Shown here: positions 36,155 through 44,964 of the stretch, one piece after another
How the letters are laid out: every line of letters starts with the position of its first letter
Numbering within the stretch: position 1 is the stretch's first letter
From: a virus
Taxonomy: Duplodnaviria > Heunggongvirae > Uroviricota > Caudoviricetes
Virus record (IMG/VR): IMGVR_UViG_2832576359_000003
Span: 26,348-90,347 of that record
Reading direction: 5' to 3' (one strand)
Length of the DNA: 64,000 nucleotides
Program-made: the position numbers and the translations under genes
The notes under the pieces: model-generated
The model's input: the letters and a program-made list of their open reading frames with translations, nothing else
Databases searched by the model: none
What the model was told of the DNA's origin: nothing

Positions 36155-38125
36155 TTAAGCGGCCGCGGCAGCACGCAACTCGTGCGCGAAATTAGCGCGG
36201 ATGATTGCGGCGGCGACCGGCGGGCAGACGCTGTTGCCGATCATGCGGACCTGAGCCGACTTGGAAAGGCGCTTGCCGTTGTGCTCGGGGTCGAGCACGT
36301 ACGAATCGGGGAAGCCCTGGGCACGCGCGAGCTCGCGCGGCGTGAGCATGCGCATGCCGATATCGACGATGGCGTAGTCCTCGCCGTGGATCGTCACGAG
36401 ACCGAGCCGGTCTTTCGTCGGGATCGTGTGCATCGGGTCGCGCAGATCCTGATGCTGGCCGCCTTCGCTGTAGTACTTGATCAGGAAGGCGCGCACCTCG
36501 GCGTGATGCAGTCCACCGGCGCTTACCGTGTGGAGCGGCTCGGCGACCGGTTGCGCGCCGCCGTTGTTGCGCAGCTTCACGAGGTGCGACACGGCGATCG
36601 CCGAATCGGCCTTCGCGGTGATTGTGGCAGCGGGCTCGCTCGCGTCGCGCGGCCGAGACTGACCAGCGCGGCCGCCACAGCCGACGATCTGAGCGGTGAC
36701 GAGCGCGTGGTGATCCTGCGTCGTGACCGTGCTCATCGGGTATGCGAGGTCCGCGCCGGGCGTTTCATTACCGCCGTAGTGCTTCGCGAGGAAGGCGGAC
36801 ACGAGGGCGTGCTTCGCGCCGCCCGCGACGACGGTGCCGAGTGGCTTGTCGATACCCGGCGCGCGCGGCGCCTGCCCGGCGCGCTCGCCGTATCCCGTCT
36901 GAATCAGCGTTGCGGCGACGATCTGCTGCTGGCCGCCGCTCGCAGTGATCGTGCTCAGCGGCGCTTTTGCGGATCGACCGGCCTTAACGCCCACGCGTTC
37001 CTTGTTGTGCTGCGCGAGGAATGCAGTAACGAGCGCTTGCTCGCTGCGGTTCGCGCCCGTGACGGTCGCGAGCGGTGCGTCGGCGCGCGCGCCGCGGTCT
37101 GAGCCCTGGTGCGTGACGTGCATCAAGGTCGGCGCGACCATCGCAAGGCTTCCACCGCGCGGATACGCGGTGATCGTGCGCAATGGTTCGCTCCCGCTGT
37201 GGACCGTGTCGCGGCCGTTGTAGTGCGCAATCGGAACGATGAAAGGGTCGGCGCTGTTCACGACGAACTTCATGATGCCGCGCGCGATACGCCGCAGCGT
37301 CGCATCCTTGAGCGGGCGATCGCGCTCGAAGATCGAGGGGCACGGGATCGACCAGTCGATGCATTCGGCCGCGGTGCGGTACGGCGCGAGCGCGCCGCGC
37401 GCGACGGCGTCCGAGTTCGGCGCGCCGTGCGTGGGCGCGGGCCAAACGATCGGAAGCCCATCGCGGCGCGCGAACAGATAGAGGCGCTTGCGAATCGTCG
37501 GCGTGCCGAAGTCGCACGCGCGCAGCACGCGCCATTCGACCTTGTATCCGAGCCCCGCGTAGAGTCGCTCCATCGGGAAGTCGGCGCCGAGCGTCTCGAA
37601 GATCTCGGGCACGTCCGGGTGCTCAGGCGACAGGCCGGACGAGAGCGCATCGACGAACGCGCGGAACGTGCGGCCTTTCTCGGCCTTGATCGGTTGGCCG
37701 TGCTCGTCGACCGGGCCCCAATCCTGGAACTCCTCGACGTTTTCGAGCGCGAGGCAGCGCGGCACCTGGAAGGTCCCCCACTTCAGGGCGATCCAGGCCA
37801 GCCCGCGGATCTTCTGGTCGCGCGGCTTGCCGCCCTTCGCCTTCGAGTGATGCTTGCAATCGGGGCTGAACCAGGCAAGCCCGATCGGCATCTGGTTCGT
37901 GATGAAGCCCGGGTGCACCGCAAAGACGTCTTCGCGATAGTGCCGCGTCGTCGGGTGGTTGGCCGCGTGCATCGCGAGCGCTTCGCCGTCGTGGTTGATG
38001 GCGATATCGACCGGGCGCCCGAAGGCCATCTCAATGCCCGTGCTCGCGCCGCCGCCGCCGGCGAAGTTATCCACGATGAGTTCGTGCCCCAAGTCGAGCT
38101 CGAAACTGATCTCGTCGCGCTTCAT
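36155..38125 (-). CDS. DNA cytosine-5 methyltransferase with 8 tandem ~35-aa repeats in the variable region
   Basis: Motif I DNFAGGGG, PC-like SPDCKHHS, ENV(EEF) motif, C-terminal MIGNSVCPPVAAAI. Repeat unit PLxTITAxG..HALVTAFLAKHYG occurs 8 times between roughly aa 300 and 580. Confidence 0.7.
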   Translation of the reverse strand: MKRDEISFELDLGHELIVDNFAGGGGASTGIEMAFGRPVDIAINHDGEALAMHAANHPTTRHYREDVFAVHPGFITNQMPIGLAWFSPDCKHHSKAKGGKPRDQKIRGLAWIALKWGTFQVPRCLALENVEEFQDWGPVDEHGQPIKAEKGRTFRAFVDALSSGLSPEHPDVPEIFETLGADFPMERLYAGLGYKVEWRVLRACDFGTPTIRKRLYLFARRDGLPIVWPAPTHGAPNSDAVARGALAPYRTAAECIDWSIPCPSIFERDRPLKDATLRRIARGIMKFVVNSADPFIVPIAHYNGRDTVHSGSEPLRTITAYPRGGSLAMVAPTLMHVTHQGSDRGARADAPLATVTGANRSEQALVTAFLAQHNKERVGVKAGRSAKAPLSTITASGGQQQIVAATLIQTGYGERAGQAPRAPGIDKPLGTVVAGGAKHALVSAFLAKHYGGNETPGADLAYPMSTVTTQDHHALVTAQIVGCGGRAGQSRPRDASEPAATITAKADSAIAVSHLVKLRNNGGAQPVAEPLHTVSAGGLHHAEVRAFLIKYYSEGGQHQDLRDPMHTIPTKDRLGLVTIHGEDYAIVDIGMRMLTPRELARAQGFPDSYVLDPEHNGKRLSKSAQVRMIGNSVCPPVAAAIIRANFAHELRAAAAA

Positions 38126-38289
38126 TTATTCGATTCCTTCGATGAAATTGCTTGTTGAGCGACCAGCGCATCCTGCTCGACGCGCTGCCGGCGCCCGAGC
38201 GCGACGTGCTCGTCGAACTCTCGGCGGCTGATGCGGTTGTCGACGAACACGCGCGTCGCGAGGCGCATATCGCCCTTGAAGGCGAACAT
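38122..38289 (-). CDS. Small hypothetical protein
   Basis: 55 aa from MFAFKGD with coding GC3 bias. Start uncertain. Confidence 0.25.
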   Translation of the reverse strand: MFAFKGDMRLATRVFVDNRISRREFDEHVALGRRQRVEQDALVAQQAISSKESNK

Positions 38290-38351
38290 GCGGATCTGGT
38301 CGAGCGCCGAGTCGCGCCCGCGATCGCGTCGGCCGAACTGCGGGGCGCGCG

Positions 38352-38573
38352 TCACGCGTGGCTCCGCGAGCAGCCGGAGCAGCGTGCGTCGCCGGGCGTG
38401 CCGCGCGCGTAGCCGCATTCCTTGCTCATCTGGACGGGCACGATCTCGATGACGGGCAGGCGCGTTTGCATGCGCCCGTGGTCCGCGAGCATCGTTTCCC
38501 ATCCGTTCTGCACGACGATCCTGTCGCGCGGCGCGGGGCGGTTCTGGCAGGCGTACGGGGCGATCGTGCTCAT
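38352..38573 (-). CDS. Small hypothetical protein (73 aa)
   Basis: MSTIAPYACQNRP..., strong GC3 bias. ATGA-coupled to the upstream gene. Confidence 0.3.
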   Translation of the reverse strand: MSTIAPYACQNRPAPRDRIVVQNGWETMLADHGRMQTRLPVIEIVPVQMSKECGYARGTPGDARCSGCSRSHA

Positions 38574-39211
38574 GCGAGGGTCTCCATCAAGCGGCGGAAC
38601 TGCGGCGACGGGTCGGTGCCGAGGCTCTTGAGGAGGATCGCGATCTCGTTCGCGAGCACGACGGTCGGCTCGGGCAGCGGGGTCCAGGCTTCCGGCTGCG
38701 GGCACTCGGCGACGTCCATCGCGTGCGTCACCGTTTCGGCGCTGATCGCGTGCTCGAAGTGCGTCGTCGCCGCGACGGCGAGCGATTCCGCGCTCGGATG
38801 CTTGGACGCCTCGCTGACGACCCAGAGGCAGAGCCGGTGGAATTCACGCGGCGTTAGTTCCTCCGCCGCCCTGGACGCGCTCGATACCGGTCCGGATGCC
38901 GCCGGCGTCGGGCTGCTCTTTGCTGTGAGGGTGGGTCGTTTCTCACTCATTTGCGCTGCTTTCTTCGTGGGTTCGGTGGATGGCGTCGCTGCTTCGGGCG
39001 CCGGGTTCTCGCGCAGGAAACGGCGCATGTGCATGGATGCGAGGTTGTCGCCGGCTGAGTCGCACTTGCCGGTCGCAATCGAAAACGAGCGCTCGACGCC
39101 GTTGGGTGCTCTCAGGACCGCGCACATGCGGTTGGATTCGCGCTGAACGCGCACGACCTCAAGGCCGGCGCGCTCCGCGAGGTGCTTTATGTCGCGTGCT
39201 CGGTTGGTCAT
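38570..39211 (-). CDS. Hypothetical protein (213 aa)
   Basis: Start at MTNRARDIKHLAE. The N-terminal extension of the long ORF is Arg/His-rich non-coding-like sequence and is rejected. Confidence 0.4.
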   Translation of the reverse strand: MTNRARDIKHLAERAGLEVVRVQRESNRMCAVLRAPNGVERSFSIATGKCDSAGDNLASMHMRRFLRENPAPEAATPSTEPTKKAAQMSEKRPTLTAKSSPTPAASGPVSSASRAAEELTPREFHRLCLWVVSEASKHPSAESLAVAATTHFEHAISAETVTHAMDVAECPQPEAWTPLPEPTVVLANEIAILLKSLGTDPSPQFRRLMETLA

Positions 39212-39510
39212 TTCACCGAATCGAGGATGGAGTCGATCTGCTGCATCGGACCGGTGAGGTCGCCGAGCGTGACGGTCGCCCCGGCGATCTGCTCGCGCAG
39301 CCCACGAAACGCGTGGATCAGGTCGGGCAGCTTCGTGTAGAGCGTCGCTTGCGCGAATGCATCCATCTGGCGCACGCGCGGGAATCGTCCGACCGTGATC
39401 GGTCCGTTGATGGTGTCGGCGACGACCGTGATGTCTGCCTCGGTCGTGCGTCCGATGCGATACGGGCCGGGGATGAGGCCCGCGACCTGGTCCTTTGCTT
39501 TGGGCGACAT
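39208..39510 (-). CDS. Hypothetical protein (100 aa)
   Basis: ORF overlapping its neighbours by 4 nt. Confidence 0.35.
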   Translation of the reverse strand: MSPKAKDQVAGLIPGPYRIGRTTEADITVVADTINGPITVGRFPRVRQMDAFAQATLYTKLPDLIHAFRGLREQIAGATVTLGDLTGPMQQIDSILDSVK

Positions 39511-39521
39511 CGTCGTGCTCC

Positions 39522-39872
39522 TCAGCGGGCGTGGGCAAAGGTGCGTTCGAAATCCGCCGTGCGGTGCTGCTCGATGCCCCCGAATGCCGACGGCTGCCGG
39601 CCGAGCGCCGGTGCCGCGTTGCGCGCGCCCTTCGCCGCGTGAGCAATGCGCTTGCTATCCCCCTTGGCTTGCTCAAGCGCCTCGTCGGCCTCGATCTCGG
39701 ACTGCAGGCGTGCAATACGGGCCTCGAGCATGGGCACGCTCGACCGGTAGAACTCGAGTGCGCACTTGTGCTCGACGAGGGTGAAGCGCGCCTCGTGCAG
39801 CTTGAATTTCGACTCGCTACGCGGATCCTTCATCGCGAAAGCCTTGGCAATGCGTTGGAGCAGCTTCTTCAT
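39522..39872 (-). CDS. Hypothetical protein (116 aa)
   Basis: Start at MKKLLQRIAKAF. Helical. Confidence 0.35.
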   Translation of the reverse strand: MKKLLQRIAKAFAMKDPRSESKFKLHEARFTLVEHKCALEFYRSSVPMLEARIARLQSEIEADEALEQAKGDSKRIAHAAKGARNAAPALGRQPSAFGGIEQHRTADFERTFAHAR

Positions 39873-39919
39873 GTCGTTACCTTCTTTGGGAGGGAAGGCC
39901 GCAACCCGCGGCCCGAGGG

Positions 39920-40180
39920 TCAAGCCGTGTGCGTTGCGTGAGCCGCGTGCTGATGCTCGATGTGCTGCGGAGCGCTCGGGGGCGTGAGGCGCGAAATCCC
40001 GAGGACAAAGGAGACGTACCAGATGGCGCCGCAGACCATGCCCGTGCCGAGCATGTAGACGAAGAGGCGCGGGGTCGAAATCGTGTTCTGAGAAGGGTCC
40101 GCGTGCTTGCGGCCCGGCTGATTCTTCTTTTTACGAAGAAATTCGCGCTTGTCTGCGAAGTCGCGTGCGATCGTGTTCAT
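39920..40180 (-). CDS. Small membrane protein (86 aa)
   Basis: One TM segment (LFVYMLGTGMVCGAIWYVSFVLGI). Confidence 0.3.
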   Translation of the reverse strand: MNTIARDFADKREFLRKKKNQPGRKHADPSQNTISTPRLFVYMLGTGMVCGAIWYVSFVLGISRLTPPSAPQHIEHQHAAHATHTA

Positions 40181-40199
40181 GAGCGTCTCCGGTCGCGAC

Positions 40200-40445
40200 T
40201 CAGCAGTACGTCAGGGGGGTGATCAGCTTGATGCGGCCCGCTTCCTGGTGTGCGAGGAAGGACTCTGTCAGGGTCGCTACGTTCTCTGCGAATTCCGCGG
40301 CGTAGCGCTTGTGGCCTGCCTGGATGCAGCTTTCCATGCATTCGATGGTGTTGCCGGTGCGCTTCGCGACGGCGGTCAGCGCAGCCCTTCGGATCTCGTG
40401 CGAGGCCCTTCGGATCTCTACCAGCTTCGTCCCCTGTGTCTCCAT
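40200..40445 (-). CDS. Small hypothetical protein (81 aa), first gene of the leftward block
   Basis: Internal-Met start METQGTKLVEIRRASHEIRRAALTAV of the longer ORF. Divergent from the terminase-small-like gene. Confidence 0.3.
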   Translation of the reverse strand: METQGTKLVEIRRASHEIRRAALTAVAKRTGNTIECMESCIQAGHKRYAAEFAENVATLTESFLAHQEAGRIKLITPLTYC

Positions 40446-40677
40446 CTCTGCCTCGCTTGTGCGTTGAAGTGAGGCAATTGTGAAACTTACGAATCTGCAC
40501 GTCAAGCAGAATGATGCGTTATTCGCAGATTTACGTGATACGCTTGCGCCATATTCTTCGAATAAAGCAAGTAATCGCGCAAAAGCGCCGCCCTCCTGTT
40601 GACGACGTAAACGTCTCGGGGCGTTGTCTTCGTTGTCGTGACGCGATGCTTGAGCACAACGTCTCTCGGGGCCGGTA

Positions 40678-41319
40678 GTGGCGCGCGTATCAATCAGCAA
40701 AGAGCAATGGCGTATCGCGCGGATCCAGTGGGAGGGTGATCCGCTGGTGTCGTACGCCGATATCGCCGAACAACTCACGACTTCGCGCCAGGCGGTCAAG
40801 CAGCACGCCGATCGCAACGGCTGGCAAAAGAAGATCGACGCCGCCGCGGTCGCTGAGAAAGCACACATCGCAGCGGATGCGAAAGTTTCATATGTGCCCG
40901 TGGGAACGCCGGAGCAAGCGCCCTCCGTTTACGTAGAAACCGCTGAAAACGTCGATCTGTCGCGCGCGCCGATGCGTCCCGCGCTGCCGACGCCGGTACC
41001 TGCAGGCACTGACTCGCAAACGGCATCGGTCATGGTCGAGCAGGGCGCCGTCGACATGCGTGCACAGGTGCTCGCGCAGCACCGGACCGAATGGAAGGCC
41101 GTACGCAGCAAGCTCTACAAGCTCTTGAAGGCGGGCGACTCGATGCCCGATGGGGATACCGCGCGCGCGGTAAAGGCCGTCGCCGAGTCGGTGAAGGTGC
41201 TGCAGGAAGGGGAGCGGAAGGCCTACGGCCTGGAGGCGCCCGGCGACCCGCGCAATCCCGGTGCGGGCCGGCCGGCGATCGTGATCAATCGCACGAAGGG
41301 GAAGACGATTGGTCGCTGA
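40678..41319 (+). CDS. Terminase small-subunit-like protein (gpP-like / Terminase_5-type N-terminus)
   Basis: N-terminal ISKEQWRIARIQWEGDPLVSYADIAEQLTTSRQAVKQHADRNGWQKK resembles the HTH start of gpP-like terminase ATPase-subunit proteins. Confidence 0.4.
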   Translation: MARVSISKEQWRIARIQWEGDPLVSYADIAEQLTTSRQAVKQHADRNGWQKKIDAAAVAEKAHIAADAKVSYVPVGTPEQAPSVYVETAENVDLSRAPMRPALPTPVPAGTDSQTASVMVEQGAVDMRAQVLAQHRTEWKAVRSKLYKLLKAGDSMPDGDTARAVKAVAESVKVLQEGERKAYGLEAPGDPRNPGAGRPAIVINRTKGKTIGR

Positions 41320-41320
41320 T

Positions 41321-41896
41321 CTATGCCGTGGCGCGCGCGCGCATGATGGTCTGGCGGCTCGTGCCGAAGTCGCGGGCCACGATGCCGATGGGCGTGCCCT
41401 CGGCCAGCCGCTCGCGCACCTGGACCTTCTGCGCCTCGGTGAGGCTTGCGCGGCGCCCGAGCTTCTTTCCCTCTTTGCGCGCCCGGTCGAGCCCCGCGTG
41501 CGTGCGCTCGATCAACAGGTCGCGCTCGAACTCTGCAACGGCCGTGATGACGCTCATCGTCATCTTGCCCGCGGCGCTCGTGAGGTCCACGCCGCCCAGG
41601 GCGAGGCAATGCACGCGCACGCCGAGGCTCGCGAGGTTCTCGACGGTCTGCCGCACGTCCATCGCGTTGCGGCCCAGCCGGTCCAGCTTCGTCACGATCA
41701 GCACGTCGCCTTCCTCGAGGCGGTCGAGCAGCTTGGCGAAGCCCGGCCGCTCGCTGGCGTTGACGCTGCCGCTGATGGTTTCGGCCACGATGCGGCGCTG
41801 GTCGACCGCGAAGCCGTGGGATTGGACCTCGGTGACCTGGTTGGCGGTCGTTTGCTCGGCGGTGCTGACCCGCGCGTAAAGGAAGGTTCGGCTCAT
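41321..41896 (-). CDS. Serine recombinase (resolvase/invertase family)
   Basis: [11 protein letters not shown] catalytic Ser block, resolvase core, C-terminal HTH ([17 protein letters not shown]). About 190 aa. Confidence 0.8.
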   Translation of the reverse strand: MSRTFLYARVSTAEQTTANQVTEVQSHGFAVDQRRIVAETISGSVNASERPGFAKLLDRLEEGDVLIVTKLDRLGRNAMDVRQTVENLASLGVRVHCLALGGVDLTSAAGKMTMSVITAVAEFERDLLIERTHAGLDRARKEGKKLGRRASLTEAQKVQVRERLAEGTPIGIVARDFGTSRQTIMRARATA

Positions 41897-42027
41897 TTTC
41901 TTCGATTTCTTCACATTGACGAAATGGGTGTACGAATTCTGCCTTATACGCAGAATTACGCAACCCTATTTTTTGGACACCTTTCTTCGGGCCGTCCAGA
42001 TTCGTCCGTTATCGGCGGGGGTGCTCT

Positions 42028-43278
42028 GTGACGACCCTCCACCTGGGTGACTGCCTCGCGGTGCTCGCCGGCATGCCCGACGCCTCGTTCGATTCGATCG
42101 TCACCGATCCGCCGTACCACCTGACGAACAACGGGGGCGGCCCCGCGCGCGGCTCGGACAACGCGTACACGCGTGCGCGCGCCGGCGCCTCGTCGCGTGG
42201 CTTCATGGGCCTCGAATGGGACGGCGGTGATATCGCCTTCCGCCCGGACGTGTGGCGCGAGTGCTTGCGCGTGCTCAAGCCCGGTGGTCATCTGCTCGCG
42301 TTCTCGGCCGCGCGCACGTACCACCGGATGGCCTGCGCGATCGAGGACGCGGGCTTCGAGGTCCGCGACCAGGTCATGTGGATCTATTCGTCCGGCTTTC
42401 CAAAGTCGAAAAACCTCGACGGCGAGTGGGAGGGGTGGGGCACTGCGCTCAAGCCCGCGCACGAGCCGTTGTGCCTGGCGCGCCGGCCACTCGAGGGGAC
42501 GGTGGCCGAGAACGTCGCGCGCTATGGCGTTGGTGCTCTGAATATCGACGGTTGCCGTGTCGCGTCCGACGAGCTGGTCGCTCGCATCGAGCACGCCGAC
42601 ACCGGCGCGCAGCGTGGCTACGGCGGCGGCATACGCGGGGGCACGCGCCGATCGGCTGGCACCGATGGCCGCTGGCCCGCCAACGTCATGCACGACGGCT
42701 CCGACGCCGTTCTGGCCGCGTTCCCGTCGGCGCCCGGTCAGCAGGGGCGTGCCGTCAACGATGGGGCTGCCGCGTCGAACAGCGTCTACGGCGCGATGCG
42801 CAACGTTACGGCCGCGCCGGCGCCGCGCGTTGAAGTGGACACGTCCGCCGCGCGCTTCTTCTATTGCGCGAAGGCGTCGCGCGCGGACCGCAACGCGGGC
42901 TTGCCGTCAGGCGACGTGCCGGCGGTGTCGCAGGACTCGACGATGCGCGCTTGCGAGACAGCCGATTGGGCCGCGCGCAATGGCAACCATCACCCGACCG
43001 TCAAGCCGACATCGCTGATGCAGGAGCTTTGCCGCTTGGTCACGCCACCCGGTGGCCACGTCCTGGACCCGTTCATGGGTTCGGGATCGACTGGCCGTGG
43101 CGCCGTGCTCGAGGGGTTCGAGTTCAGCGGCATCGAGCTTTCCGCCGCATACCACGCGATCGCGCGCGCCCGGATCGACGACGCCGCGCGGGCTCGCGCA
43201 GAGCTTGTCCGCGCCGCCGCTGATGAATCCCGCGCGCGCTCGCAACTGGATCTCTTTGAGGTGCCCGATGTCGTGTGA
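42028..43278 (+). CDS. DNA methyltransferase, N6-adenine/N4-cytosine family (beta class)
   Basis: DPPY motif near the N-terminus (IVTDPPYHL) and FxGSG near the C-terminus (DPFMGSGSTG). Confidence 0.75.
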   Translation: MTTLHLGDCLAVLAGMPDASFDSIVTDPPYHLTNNGGGPARGSDNAYTRARAGASSRGFMGLEWDGGDIAFRPDVWRECLRVLKPGGHLLAFSAARTYHRMACAIEDAGFEVRDQVMWIYSSGFPKSKNLDGEWEGWGTALKPAHEPLCLARRPLEGTVAENVARYGVGALNIDGCRVASDELVARIEHADTGAQRGYGGGIRGGTRRSAGTDGRWPANVMHDGSDAVLAAFPSAPGQQGRAVNDGAAASNSVYGAMRNVTAAPAPRVEVDTSAARFFYCAKASRADRNAGLPSGDVPAVSQDSTMRACETADWAARNGNHHPTVKPTSLMQELCRLVTPPGGHVLDPFMGSGSTGRGAVLEGFEFSGIELSAAYHAIARARIDDAARARAELVRAAADESRARSQLDLFEVPDVV

Positions 43279-43329
43279 TCGCGCACCGCTGCTCCTTCCG
43301 CGGGCTCTCCCGCTTTTCTGCTGACCTCC

Positions 43330-44394
43330 ATGAAAAAACTATCAGCTTTCTTCGTGTTGTTCTTCGCTTACGCGCTCGCGTTCGCGTTGCCGACGCCCCA
43401 TCAGATCGAGGACGCGCTCGCCGCGAATGACTACGCCAGCGCGCGCAGCATGCTCCAGCAAGTGCTCGTCGAGCGCCCCGATAGCGCGCGCGCCCATCTG
43501 CTGAATGCCTACGTGCTCGAACACGTCGATCACAACGTGGGGGCCGCGCGCGCCGAACTGCAAACGGCGACAGGGCTCGACAAGCGCGGCGACGTGAAGG
43601 GCTCGGCGCTTTACGGCCGCGTCATCGCGGAAATGGACGCTCAGCCGGTTGCGCCGGCCGCCGCGCAGCCGACACCTCGACCCGCCGCGCATGCCGTGGC
43701 GTCTCCGCAGTCCGTGTCGACTCAACCGCCCCATAACAGCGACGGCTTCGCGCTTCTGGTCGTCCTTCTGTTCGTGGTCGTGGTGCTCGGGATCGTCGCT
43801 TTGGTATCGCGTGCGATGCGGCCGCCGACGGTGGTGATCCACCATCGCCACAACCCCGATCCGCGTCATGTTCGCCGCGCGGCTCCGAGCCCGGCTCCGC
43901 TTCCCCCGAGCGGCGCGCACGTCGTTTATGTGCCGGAGCGCGACGCTGGCGCGTATCCGTCGACCGTGATCGTCCCGCCGGCGGCTCCCGTGCGCGGCGG
44001 CATGACGGCCGGCGAAAACTTCGCGTCGACCGCGGGCGGCGTCGTGGCCGGAAACCTGATCAGCGACTCGCTTCTGCACTCGCACCACAGCTCGCGGGAC
44101 ATCGACGATGACGACGAACGCCGCCGGCGTCGCCGCGACTTGAGCGATGACGCGGTCGATGCGCCGATCCAGAGCCGCGCGCCGTCCGTTGACTACGCGA
44201 CGGAGCGTGCTTCGTTCTCGTCGTCGAGCTCGGATTCGGATAGCTGGTCGCCGTCGCCCATCTCGTCTTCCTCGTCCAGCTCGGATAGCTGGTCGAACAG
44301 CAGCGGGTCGGACAGCTCGTCGTCCTCGTGGGATTCGGGCGGCTCGTCGTCGAGCGACTGCGGCAGCAGTAGCGGCGGATCGGACTGGTCCTGA
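43330..44394 (+). CDS. Secreted/membrane-anchored protein with Ser-rich low-complexity C-terminus
   Basis: Signal peptide MKKLSAFFVLFFAYALAFA, TPR-like helical region, TM (LLVVLLFVVVVLGIVALV), then a long SSSSDSDSWS-type tail. Confidence 0.45.
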   Translation: MKKLSAFFVLFFAYALAFALPTPHQIEDALAANDYASARSMLQQVLVERPDSARAHLLNAYVLEHVDHNVGAARAELQTATGLDKRGDVKGSALYGRVIAEMDAQPVAPAAAQPTPRPAAHAVASPQSVSTQPPHNSDGFALLVVLLFVVVVLGIVALVSRAMRPPTVVIHHRHNPDPRHVRRAAPSPAPLPPSGAHVVYVPERDAGAYPSTVIVPPAAPVRGGMTAGENFASTAGGVVAGNLISDSLLHSHHSSRDIDDDDERRRRRRDLSDDAVDAPIQSRAPSVDYATERASFSSSSSDSDSWSPSPISSSSSSSDSWSNSSGSDSSSSSWDSGGSSSSDCGSSSGGSDWS

Positions 44395-44396
44395 AT

Positions 44397-44618
44397 GTGC
44401 CGATCAATGAGGTTCGTGAGCGTGAATGGGCAGCCGATGCCGCTCGCTGCCTCGCTGAGTTCCACGACGCCGTCGCTGCTGCGCGTAGCCGCAACTTCGC
44501 TCCGGGCAAAGCGCTTATCGAGCGGGTGCGTGAGCGCGGCGGCGACGCGATGGCCGAAGTGGCGCGCGCCGAGTTGCGCAAGCACGCGGGTATCGCGCCG
44601 CCCGCTTCTGGCGAATGA
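44397..44618 (+). CDS. Small hypothetical protein
   Basis: 73-aa ORF starting 3 nt after the upstream stop. Confidence 0.3.
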   Translation: MPINEVREREWAADAARCLAEFHDAVAAARSRNFAPGKALIERVRERGGDAMAEVARAELRKHAGIAPPASGE

Positions 44619-44640
44619 AACGGATTTCCGAGAGGGCAAT

Positions 44641-44964
44641 GTGAGAAAGGTTTTCAAGTACGAGGTCGCGCGACGCGGCCAAGAGCCTACGGTGCTCCGT
44701 CTTCCGGGGTCTGCAACGCTATCGCGCGTCGACGTGCAAGACGGCCGCTTCATGGTCTGGGGGGGCGTCCCGACCGGTTTGCCGGCTGACACCGAATTCG
44801 AGGTGTTCGTGGTCGGCACTGGCGATCCGATCCCCGACGACGTCTTCGTGTTGAACACGTTCTTCGAAGGGCCTTTGGTGTGGCACGCGTGCGTACGCAT
44901 CCTCGCCGTCCCGTCGCACCTTCACGTCGGAAAGACGCACAGCGGGGTGACGCATGGTTGCTGA
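44641..44964 (+). CDS. Hypothetical protein (107 aa, GTG start)
   Basis: GTG preceded by a GAGAGGG RBS-like sequence. The N-terminal extension of the long ORF is rejected. Confidence 0.35.
   Translation: MRKVFKYEVARRGQEPTVLRLPGSATLSRVDVQDGRFMVWGGVPTGLPADTEFEVFVVGTGDPIPDDVFVLNTFFEGPLVWHACVRILAVPSHLHVGKTHSGVTHGC

Noticed and set aside
36119-38158. Two long plus-strand ORFs (36119-37102 and 37109-38158) opposite the C5-MTase.
   Set aside because: Antisense shadows of a well-supported MTase gene. They are Arg/Asp-rich with no motifs.
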